From: Candidatus Ratteibacteria bacterium
GTDB taxonomy: Bacteria > Ratteibacteria > UBA8468 > B48-G9 > DTJG01
Assembly (NCBI GenBank): GCA_041656495.1
Contig: JBBADJ010000001.1
Span: forward strand, 2,388-66,387
Direction: 5' to 3'
DNA length: 64,000 bases
In this document: one piece after another, positions 57,182-64,000 of the stretch
Position numbering within the stretch: the first letter of the stretch is position 1
Layout of the letters: the number at the start of each line of letters is the position of its first letter
The notes under the pieces: model-generated
Databases searched by the model: none
The model's input: only the letters and a program-made list of their open reading frames with translations
What the model was told of the DNA's origin: nothing
Program-made: the position numbers and the translations under genes

Positions 57182-58409
57182 CACTGCTTCTGTTGAAGAA
57201 GCACTCCACGAAGTACGAAAAGGAAAAATTATTATCGTAGTTGATGATGCAGAACGGGAAAATGAAGGAGATTTTTTTATCGCCGCCTCAAAAACAACCC
57301 CGAAAATCATCAATTTTATGGCGCGTGAAGCATGTGGATTAATCTGCATCGCTCTTTCTGGCGAACGATTGGATGCCCTTCAATTGAATCCAATGGTTTC
57401 AGAGAATACCGCGCTTCATGAAACAGATTTTTCTGTCTCTGTTGATGCGAAAGAAGGAATTTCAACAGGAATATCCGCCCATGACAGAGCAAAAACCATA
57501 AAACTCCTTATTGACCCTAAAACAAAACCAAAAGATCTTGCCAAACCAGGCCATATCTTTCCTATACGTGCAAAAAAAGGAGGGGTGCTTGTCCGAGCCG
57601 GCCATACAGAAGCCGCGGTCGATCTGGCAAAAATGGCAGGACTCTATCCCGCGGGTGTTATCTGCGAAATCATGGACGAAGACGGAACCATGGCGCGCTT
57701 TCCTCGGCTTCTTCAACTTGCAAAAGAACATCACTGTAAAATAATCACTGTTGCAGACCTTATAGAATATCGGAGAAAAAAAGAACGGCTCGTAGAAAAA
57801 ATTCTTTCTGTGGGAATGCCGAGTGAATATGGGAATTTTATTCTTCACTTATATCGCGATTTGGTTGAAAACCATTACCATATCGCCTTAACAAACGAAG
57901 GAACCATGCGAAAAAAAGAGAGCGCACCGCTGGTACGGGTACACTCTCAATGTCTTACTGGCGATATATTCCATTCTCTTAGATGCGATTGTGGAGATCA
58001 ACTTCAGAAATCAATGAAGATGATCGCCCGGGAAGGAGGGGTTCTCATCTATCTTCCGCAGGAAGGAAGAGGAATCGGATTGGTTGCAAAATTGCAGGCC
58101 TATCTTCTTCAGCAAAACCAAGGGCTTGATACTGTAGACGCAAACCTTCGCCTTGGTTACCCGGCAGACCTGCGTAATTACGGCATTGGCGCACAAATTC
58201 TTCTTGATCTTGGGTTTACCCGAGTCCGCCTTCTTACCAATAATCCAAGAAAATTGGTCGGACTTGAAGGATACGGAATAGAGATTATTGATCGCATTCC
58301 AATAGAGATCCCACCCAACCGCCACTCTGCGAAATATCTTGCCACAAAACAGAAAAAAATGAACCATTTACTCCACCTTAAACAGGAGGAAACAGATGAA
58401 AATATTTGA
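57150..58409 (+). CDS. ribBA: Bifunctional 3,4-dihydroxy-2-butanone-4-phosphate synthase / GTP cyclohydrolase II
   Basis: VVDDAERENEGDF, RAGHTEAAVDLA, VRVHSQCLTGDIFHSLRCDCG, EGRGIGL. Confidence 0.95.
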   Translation: MTNHRLKPVCNTASVEEALHEVRKGKIIIVVDDAERENEGDFFIAASKTTPKIINFMAREACGLICIALSGERLDALQLNPMVSENTALHETDFSVSVDAKEGISTGISAHDRAKTIKLLIDPKTKPKDLAKPGHIFPIRAKKGGVLVRAGHTEAAVDLAKMAGLYPAGVICEIMDEDGTMARFPRLLQLAKEHHCKIITVADLIEYRRKKERLVEKILSVGMPSEYGNFILHLYRDLVENHYHIALTNEGTMRKKESAPLVRVHSQCLTGDIFHSLRCDCGDQLQKSMKMIAREGGVLIYLPQEGRGIGLVAKLQAYLLQQNQGLDTVDANLRLGYPADLRNYGIGAQILLDLGFTRVRLLTNNPRKLVGLEGYGIEIIDRIPIEIPPNRHSAKYLATKQKKMNHLLHLKQEETDENI

Positions 58410-58860
58410 AGGCAATCTCTCGGCAGAAAAAAAGAGGTTCGGTCTTGTCGTAGGAAGATTCAACGAGTATCTCACAAAAAATCTTCTTGACGGAGCAATA
58501 GACTGCATTAAACGCCATGGCGGAAGTGAAGATGATATATCGGTAGCATGGGTTCCCGGTGCTTTTGAACTTGGATTCGCAACAAAAAAAATGCAGAAAT
58601 CAGGTTCATACGACGCAATAATATCTCTTGGAGTTATCATAAGAGGAGGAACGCCGCACTTTGATTATATTGCAGGACAAGCAAGCAGAATGCTCGGACA
58701 GATAAATATGGAAGGCATTATTCCAGTTAGTTTTGGAATCGTTATGGCAGATACTATTGAACAGGCCATAGAACGGTGTGGAACCAAGATGGGAAATAAG
58801 GGATGGCAAGCAGCCCTCACCGCTATTGAAATGGCAAATCTTGCAACAACTCTAAAATGA
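58396..58860 (+). CDS. ribH: 6,7-dimethyl-8-ribityllumazine synthase
   Basis: FGLVVGRFNEYLT, VPGAFELG, IRGGTPHFDY. Confidence 0.95.
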   Translation: MKIFEGNLSAEKKRFGLVVGRFNEYLTKNLLDGAIDCIKRHGGSEDDISVAWVPGAFELGFATKKMQKSGSYDAIISLGVIIRGGTPHFDYIAGQASRMLGQINMEGIIPVSFGIVMADTIEQAIERCGTKMGNKGWQAALTAIEMANLATTLK

Positions 58861-59315
58861 AGAAAAATCTAAGAAGAATCGCCCGGGAACTTGCCCTGCG
58901 CAACCTATATGCCCATGAAATGGGAAATCCTCTGCTATCTCCCATAAAACTCACCTCTCTTAACAACAATGAATCTATCCTTTCTCCAAAGGCAGTACCA
59001 TTTGCGACTCTTCTAACCGAGGGGGTTCTGAAGCATCTTGGATTCATCAATAAAATTATTACGATCTCTTCTGAAAACTGGCGCATTGAACGGATGAGTT
59101 ATGTAGACAGAAATATCCTTAGAATTGCGGTTTTTGAGATTTTTTTTCTTTCTGACATACCCGCTGTTGTCGCTATCAACGAAGCCATAGAAATTTCTAA
59201 GGAATATTCAGAAAAAGATGCACCCTCCTTCATAAACGGTGTTCTGGACAGAGTAAAGAAAGAGTATGAATCAGGATATCTTGCAGAATCTTCCGAATCT
59301 GATCAAACGCCATGA
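58857..59315 (+). CDS. nusB: Transcription antitermination factor NusB
   Basis: RRIARELALRNLYAHEM, VDRNILRIAVFEI, INEAIEISKEY, FINGVLD. Confidence 0.9.
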   Translation: MKKNLRRIARELALRNLYAHEMGNPLLSPIKLTSLNNNESILSPKAVPFATLLTEGVLKHLGFINKIITISSENWRIERMSYVDRNILRIAVFEIFFLSDIPAVVAINEAIEISKEYSEKDAPSFINGVLDRVKKEYESGYLAESSESDQTP

Positions 59316-60259
59316 AAGCGCTTTCATTACAGATAGCAAAGAACGCTTTCAAGGCGGCAATCAGTATTCTTTTTCTTTTCATTCTTTTCAAACGGGTTGA
59401 TTTCCCCCTCTTTCTTCAAATTCTAAAGGAATCTTCTTCTCTTTCTCTCTTTCTACTTCTTCCAGCAAATGTTTTAGTAACCGCGCTCCTCGCACTCAGA
59501 TGGAAAGTTATTATTACACCCTCCCACCAAAGCATTGGATTTCTTCGTATATGGAAGCTTACCCTGATTGGGCTTTTTTTTAATATATTTCTTCCCACAG
59601 GAGCAGGAGGCGATATTGCGAAAATCTACCTCTTTACCAAAGACCAGACAAAAAAACTCAGTCTTGGTATATCAGTGCTTTTTGATAGGTTTATAGGAGC
59701 GGTCTCTATTATTCTTATGGGAGGAGCGGGATTTCTCTTCTTTCAGGGAGCGCTTCCCCCTAAAACCGGATTGATGATCACACTTCTTCTTATAGTAACT
59801 GGAATCGCATGGATTCTTATTCTTTGGGAAAACCTTACAGACTTTTTTCTTAAACTTCTTCCTGAGAAATTTTCACAAAAAATCCTTCTTTTCTTTGGCT
59901 ATCTCAGAGAATATGGGAAAAATCGGACTATTACAAGAAATGCGATCAGTGTAAGCATTCTTTGTCAATCTCTTTCAATTCTTATACAGTTTTTTATGCT
60001 TAGATCTTTTTTAGGAATACCGGGCGTTCCGATTCTTTTCTTCTTTATTGTTATTCCGCTTATCTGGGTAAGCACTCTGGTACCATCACTGGGTGGTTTA
60101 GGAATCAGAGAATTTACCTATTCCTTTTTTTTCACTCCTTTCATCGGAGAACAACAGGCAATCGCACTTTCTCTGATGAATCTCCTTCTTATTCTCTTTC
60201 AAAGCGCAATGGGCGCAGGAGCGCTTCTCCTTTCAGGGAAATCTGAGACGAAGAAATAA
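59312..60259 (+). CDS. Flippase-like / lysyl-PG-synthase TM-region (UPF0104) family membrane protein
   Basis: 8 predicted TM segments, with LPTGAGGDIAKIYLF and GGLGIREF motifs. Confidence 0.6.
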   Translation: MKALSLQIAKNAFKAAISILFLFILFKRVDFPLFLQILKESSSLSLFLLLPANVLVTALLALRWKVIITPSHQSIGFLRIWKLTLIGLFFNIFLPTGAGGDIAKIYLFTKDQTKKLSLGISVLFDRFIGAVSIILMGGAGFLFFQGALPPKTGLMITLLLIVTGIAWILILWENLTDFFLKLLPEKFSQKILLFFGYLREYGKNRTITRNAISVSILCQSLSILIQFFMLRSFLGIPGVPILFFFIVIPLIWVSTLVPSLGGLGIREFTYSFFFTPFIGEQQAIALSLMNLLLILFQSAMGAGALLLSGKSETKK

Positions 60260-61187
60260 GCCGAGTACTCTCCCTAATCTTTCTAATAGAAGATCGGGTA
60301 GGAAGTCCGGTTCCATCCACAGCCGCCTTGGCAGTCCCGCAAGAAACAGCAAACCTTACTGCCTCAGAAAAATCACTCTTTTTCCCTATCGCATGAAGAA
60401 ATCCCGCCATAAAAACATCTCCGCATCCCACAGTGCTAAGAACTTTAAGTCGGGGCGGAACCCACCATACAATTTCTGATTGCGAAAATCCAATCGCTCC
60501 CTTTTCTCCTAAAGAAAGAAGAAGAAATTCAGTTCCTTTCGTAAGTAATCTCTTCACTGCGGAAACAAGAAGTTCCCAGGAAGAAAGCGGATTCTCTACC
60601 AAACGCGAAAGCTCCCAGAGATTTGGTTTCAACAAAGTAGGTCTTCCTTTTACTCCTTTGGAAAGAAAGATTCCATCGGAATCAAGGGCCACTGAAAGAG
60701 AAGGGTGGATTCTTCGCATATTTCTTATCAAAGTTCCATAAAAAGAGGAGGGAACTCCGGGAGGAAGACTTCCAGAACAGACAAGCCAATCATCTTTCTG
60801 CGAAGGAAGTTTTTTTAGAAAATCTTCAAGGGCTTTTCGTTCTGAGAGACGGATAGAGGGACCAGGCTCATTTATCCGAAGGGGAGGGGTCCCGTCATCA
60901 AAAAAGAAGTTGTGAATAGTACGGGTTTCATCCTGAATTATGATAGGATGTACTTTAGAAATACCACCTTTAGAAAGAAGTTCCAAAGATTGTTTTCCCG
61001 CATATCCGCCATAGAAAGCTATGGGAAGAGTTTCAACGCCTAAGACCGCAAGCATTCGGGAAACATTGATTCCCTTACCGCCAGGATCAAGCTGTTTCTT
61101 TTCAATCCGGTTAATATCGTCAAAAACAAGCCTTGACATCCTACTACTGATGTCAAGGCTTGGATTAAGCGTAAGAGTGTACACCAT
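60189..61187 (-). CDS. PfkB-family sugar kinase (1-phosphofructokinase/tagatose-6-P kinase type)
   Basis: MVYTLTLNPSLD, PGGKGINVS, VGCGDVFMAGF. Its 3' end overlaps the convergent gene by 71 nt. Confidence 0.85.
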   Translation of the reverse strand: MVYTLTLNPSLDISSRMSRLVFDDINRIEKKQLDPGGKGINVSRMLAVLGVETLPIAFYGGYAGKQSLELLSKGGISKVHPIIIQDETRTIHNFFFDDGTPPLRINEPGPSIRLSERKALEDFLKKLPSQKDDWLVCSGSLPPGVPSSFYGTLIRNMRRIHPSLSVALDSDGIFLSKGVKGRPTLLKPNLWELSRLVENPLSSWELLVSAVKRLLTKGTEFLLLSLGEKGAIGFSQSEIVWWVPPRLKVLSTVGCGDVFMAGFLHAIGKKSDFSEAVRFAVSCGTAKAAVDGTGLPTRSSIRKIRESTRLISSSQISLKGEALLRPLRFERE

Positions 61188-61199
61188 ACAATAAAAGAA

Positions 61200-61364
61200 T
61201 CAACGAGAAGGTTGTGTACGATACTTTTTTACCTTCCGTCTTCGCCGTATTTGGCTTGGTTTTTCGTAAAATTCTCTTTTTTTTACCTCTCTGATAATTC
61301 CTTCACGTTCTACATCTCGTTTAAATTGTTTAAAAATTTTCTCAAAGCTTTCATGTCGTTCCAC
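61200..61364 (-). CDS. rpsU: 30S ribosomal protein S21
   Basis: Absent from the ORF track because it is shorter than 60 aa. The reverse strand reads GTG GAA CGA CAT GAA AGC TTT..., giving (M)[53 protein letters not shown]. This carries the FKR...[11 protein letters not shown] signature of S21. A GGAGG sits 12 nt upstream. Confidence 0.85.
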   Translation of the reverse strand: MERHESFEKIFKQFKRDVEREGIIREVKKREFYEKPSQIRRRRKVKKYRTQPSR

Positions 61365-61381
61365 CTGAAACGTTCACCTCC

Positions 61382-61543
61382 TCAGGCGAGGTCTATCCAA
61401 TAGATTTTCGCCCCGCAATGCACACACTTCTCTTCATTCTGCAGATAGCCGCTTACCATAAAACACTTTCTACAACGTATATTTTTTCGCGCAGCCACGG
61501 CATCTCTTCTTTTTTTTATGTTTTTCTTCTCTGTCTGATCCAT
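61382..61543 (-). CDS. 53-aa zinc-ribbon protein (CxxC...CxxC), function unknown
   Basis: Absent from the ORF track. Hand translation gives MDQTEKKNIKKRRDAVAARKNIRCRKCFMVSGYLQNEEKCVHCGAKIYWIDLA. Its stop abuts the rpsU RBS, and it starts 14 nt after the punA stop. Confidence 0.45.
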   Translation of the reverse strand: MDQTEKKNIKKRRDAVAARKNIRCRKCFMVSGYLQNEEKCVHCGAKIYWIDLA

Positions 61544-61557
61544 TGGGTTTTCGTCCC

Positions 61558-62385
61558 TTAAGTCAATTGGAGAGAAAGTATAATCTTTTCCATTAACTTT
61601 GTCAATATCGGCTCCACAGAACTCGCGGCACCAAGAATTTTCTCAAAAGAGGCTGGTTCAAGAGCATCAGGAAGACACATATCGGAAATAACAGATACCC
61701 CTAAGACCTTAATTCCCTGGTGTACCGCGGCAATAACCTCGGGAATTGTAGACATACAGACCATATCCGCGCCTATTATGCGAAGAAACCGATATTCTGC
61801 CCTTGTTTCAAGGCTAGGACCAGTCAATCCAACAAGAACTCCCCGTTTCAGCATAATTCCCTCGTTTAGCGCGGTTCTTTCCGCAAGATCTAAAAGATTT
61901 CGGTCGTAAGGATCGGAAAAATCAGGAATCCTTTCTCCAAACCGTTCATCATTAGCTCCAATAAGAGGATTCTCTCCCATAAGGTTAATATGATCCTCAA
62001 TTGCCACAAGGTCTCCCACGCGATAGAGTGGATTTAACCCTCCGGCCGCGTTTGATTCAATAAGAACCTTTATTCCGAGAAGCTTAAGAAGGCGTATGGG
62101 AAGCGCAATCTCTGAGACAGAATATCCTTCATAAAGGTGGAAACGGCCACTGAACGCAAGAATCTCCTTTCCAGCGAGAGTCCCTAAAATTAAGTGACCA
62201 GAGTGTCCCTTCATTGTAGATACAGGGAAAAAGGGAATTTCTTCATAAGGAATGGAAAGTTTCGTATCAATCCGATCCACAAGCTTGCCAAGGCCTGTTC
62301 CGAGAATAATGGCTATTTCCGGTTTCATGGTACTCTTTGAACTTATTACATTGCGAGCCTGATCAGCCCGTTCCCATTCAGTCAT
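61558..62385 (-). CDS. punA: Purine nucleoside phosphorylase (trimeric PNP/MTAP family)
   Basis: IAIILGTGLG, STMKGHSGHLILG, SGRFHLYEGY, GPSLETRAE, ADMVCMSTIPE. Start at the ATG at 62385 (AGGAGG RBS, 8-nt overlap with the proC stop). Confidence 0.88.
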   Translation of the reverse strand: MTEWERADQARNVISSKSTMKPEIAIILGTGLGKLVDRIDTKLSIPYEEIPFFPVSTMKGHSGHLILGTLAGKEILAFSGRFHLYEGYSVSEIALPIRLLKLLGIKVLIESNAAGGLNPLYRVGDLVAIEDHINLMGENPLIGANDERFGERIPDFSDPYDRNLLDLAERTALNEGIMLKRGVLVGLTGPSLETRAEYRFLRIIGADMVCMSTIPEVIAAVHQGIKVLGVSVISDMCLPDALEPASFEKILGAASSVEPILTKLMEKIILSLQLT

Positions 62386-63229
62386 TCTTGCCTCCTGTAA
62401 CATTAGAAAGCTCTTTGGCTCTTTTTTCCGCCGCATCCACGGCCTTCTTAAATATTTCGAAAATATTGTACGATTCCAATACGCGCAACCCGGCAATTGT
62501 AGTTCCTCCCGGCGAAGAAACACAATCCTTTAATCTTTCAGGATTTTCTCCCTTTGAAAGAATACTTCCCGTACCATCAAAAAGAAGCGAAACTATTTTC
62601 AATGCCGCAGGAGGATCTATTCCGCGTTCAAGAAGAATCGTATAAAAAATCTCTGCCAAATAAAAAAGATACCCAGGACCGCTTCCGGAAATTGCGGTAA
62701 GCAGGGGCATCTCTTCTTCAGAAAGAGGAAAGAGAAATCCTAACCGGGAAAAAAGAGCTTCTAGTGTTGTTACTGTAAGGGGACGAGCAAATTTTCCAAG
62801 AGAAAAAGCCATCACACCTTTTCCAGATGCCACCGCTAAATTAGGCATCATCCGCACAACCTGCGCGGGAGTATCAAGCATTCTTTCAAGTTCGGAAATA
62901 AGAATTCCAGCCACCACAGAGATTATTAAGGTTGAAATCGTTATTTCGGAAGATATTTTCCTGCAAAGACAGGGAAGGTCCTTCTGTTTTACCGCAAGAA
63001 GAAGACAATCTGCGCGAGAAGCAAGCGAAACATCTCCGCCTATCACTCCAAAGCTATCTACAAGATTCTTTACTTTCTCTTCATCGGTATCGGCGATAGT
63101 AATAGATGCAGGAGGAAGAAGTCCATATCGGACTACTCCCTCAACCATTGCCGATCCCATATTTCCGCAACCAATGACTCCAAGCGTTACGTTTGGAAGA
63201 TCAGACAACTTCTCCATCCATTTCACCAA
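62378..63229 (-). CDS. proC: Pyrroline-5-carboxylate reductase
   Basis: LGVIGCGNMGSAM, SGSGPGYLF, SSPGGTTIAGL. The start may instead be M5 at 63217. Confidence 0.9.
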   Translation of the reverse strand: MVKWMEKLSDLPNVTLGVIGCGNMGSAMVEGVVRYGLLPPASITIADTDEEKVKNLVDSFGVIGGDVSLASRADCLLLAVKQKDLPCLCRKISSEITISTLIISVVAGILISELERMLDTPAQVVRMMPNLAVASGKGVMAFSLGKFARPLTVTTLEALFSRLGFLFPLSEEEMPLLTAISGSGPGYLFYLAEIFYTILLERGIDPPAALKIVSLLFDGTGSILSKGENPERLKDCVSSPGGTTIAGLRVLESYNIFEIFKKAVDAAEKRAKELSNVTGGKND

Positions 63230-63938
63230 TCTTGATATCTAGGTTGGCGCGATCTTCTATTCTTTCAATAAGTCCGTCACGGATCCAGATAACCCGATCG
63301 GAAACGTCCAACATCTTTAAATCATGGGTAGCGGTAATAATACTTACCTGTTTTTCACGGTTCATTTTCTTAAGGAGCTGAATAATTTCCTTTCCGGTCT
63401 TCAAATCAAGGTTTCCTGTTGGTTCATCCGCAAGAACAATGGCAGGATCATTGGCAAGCGCGCGCGCAATAGCAACCCGTTGCTGTTGACCGCCAGAAAG
63501 TTCAAAAGGCTTGTGATGAAGGCGTTCGCCAAGACCAACCAGTTCAAGAAGATCTCTCGCTTTTTCCATTGCCTCGTCATTTCCAAGGCCTCCGAAAATC
63601 ATCGGAAGAGTAATATTTTCCATCGCGGTCATAACCGGAATAAGGTTAAATGTTTGAAAAATATATCCGATCTTTCTACATCTAAGCCAAGCAAGTTCAT
63701 ACGCATCCAGCTGAGCAATATCTACCTCGTCAATATATACCTTGCCTTCTGTTGGTTTATCAAGACCCCCGATCATATTAAACAAGGTAGTTTTTCCACT
63801 TCCGGAGGGACCCATAATAGAGATATATTCGCCTCGGTGAATCTCCAAATCTATACCCTTAAGAACCTGAAGCGGAACCTTTCCAAGCATATATGTCTTT
63901 TGAAGACCGATTGTTCTGACAATAGATTCCTTTAACAT
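63201..63938 (-). CDS. ABC transporter ATP-binding protein, MacB/LolD/FtsE-like
   Basis: GPSGSGKTT (Walker A), LSGGQQQRVAIARAL (signature), ILADEPTGNLD (Walker B). Confidence 0.92.
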   Translation of the reverse strand: MLKESIVRTIGLQKTYMLGKVPLQVLKGIDLEIHRGEYISIMGPSGSGKTTLFNMIGGLDKPTEGKVYIDEVDIAQLDAYELAWLRCRKIGYIFQTFNLIPVMTAMENITLPMIFGGLGNDEAMEKARDLLELVGLGERLHHKPFELSGGQQQRVAIARALANDPAIVLADEPTGNLDLKTGKEIIQLLKKMNREKQVSIITATHDLKMLDVSDRVIWIRDGLIERIEDRANLDIKIGEMDGEVV

Positions 63939-63959
63939 GGAAAATCCTCCTTTTTTGTA

Positions 63960-64000
63960 TTAAATTTCTCTTCTGATTGCTTCCGCGGGTTCAAGTTTTG
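63960..64000 (-). CDS. 3' end of an FtsX-like ABC permease gene (partial)
   Basis: The reverse strand translates to ...KLEPAEAIRREI*, the characteristic C-terminal tail of MacB/LolC-type permeases. The stop lies 21 nt upstream of the ATPase start. Confidence 0.45.
   Translation of the reverse strand, partial: KLEPAEAIRREI

Noticed and set aside
60189-60259. 71-nt convergent overlap of the pfkB-family and flippase-like genes as a possible antisense-regulation site or mis-called stop
   Set aside because: Both C-terminal tails are simply the ORF ends, and the conserved cores end well before the overlap. Similar convergent overlaps occur elsewhere in the window (rpmB/recJ), so this fits a compact genome.
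63324-63935. 203-aa plus-strand ORF
   Set aside because: It lies entirely antisense to a well-supported ABC ATPase gene with Walker A, signature and Walker B motifs. Its composition is low-complexity and K/F/N-rich. It is a shadow ORF.
1-64000. CRISPR arrays, rRNA genes, transposases/integrases, toxin-antitoxin pairs, and recognisable defence genes (restriction-modification, Cas, retron RT, CBASS-like)
   Set aside because: I looked for regularly spaced direct repeats and for the hallmark motifs of these proteins in all ORFs of 60 aa or more and found none. Only the weak recombinase-like fragment at 52097-52574 and the MITE-like element at 18016-18236 hint at mobile DNA.

Overview
This is a 64-kb chromosomal window of roughly 40-45% GC by eye. 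It holds about 60 protein genes, one tRNA-Ala(UGC), and two short genes missing from the ORF track (rpsU and a 53-aa zinc-ribbon ORF). I found no rRNA, CRISPR array, transposase or integrase. A DUF1559/H-X9-DG pseudopilin, a DUF1080 protein and frequent 4-8 nt start/stop overlaps suggest a PVC-superphylum-like or related candidate-phylum bacterium; that is inference only.

Housekeeping backbone:
- gap-pgk-tpiA-secG.
- A long minus-strand operon: lptF/G-like, glyS, glyA, dCMP deaminase, Grx-like, recJ.
- rpmB.
- adh, srlD-like, ribD-ribE-ribBA-ribH-nusB.
- ABC ATPase, proC, punA, zinc-ribbon ORF, rpsU, pfkB-family kinase.
- gnd.

Accessory or unusual content:
1. A LacI-controlled HexNAc-glycan degradation cluster (1-9382). 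It contains a GH20 enzyme, a 1159-aa secreted protein with an internal tandem duplication, and an embedded pseudopilin. A 20-nt motif recurs three times in its promoter regions.
2. A plus-strand cluster (9839-15655) starting with an amidohydrolase/class-III aminotransferase fusion, followed by two dehydrogenases and homospermidine synthase.
3. A lexA / 82-aa ORF / dinB cassette driven by a promoter whose spacer carries a CTGT-N8-ACAG LexA box.
4. A GC-rich block of about 2.6 kb (17990-20600). It contains a 221-bp element bounded by inverted repeats and two secreted-protein genes. Upstream in the same gene string is a 446-aa protein ending in an HPr-like domain.
5. A tight six-gene operon (43962-52096): HAD, LarA-like, UxaE-like, transketolase, sugar-phosphate isomerase/epimerase, beta-propeller GH-like.

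I could not recognise a defence or other named novel system. Items 2, 4 and 5 are the best candidates for undescribed biology. All family assignments rest on motif recognition by eye, not database searches.
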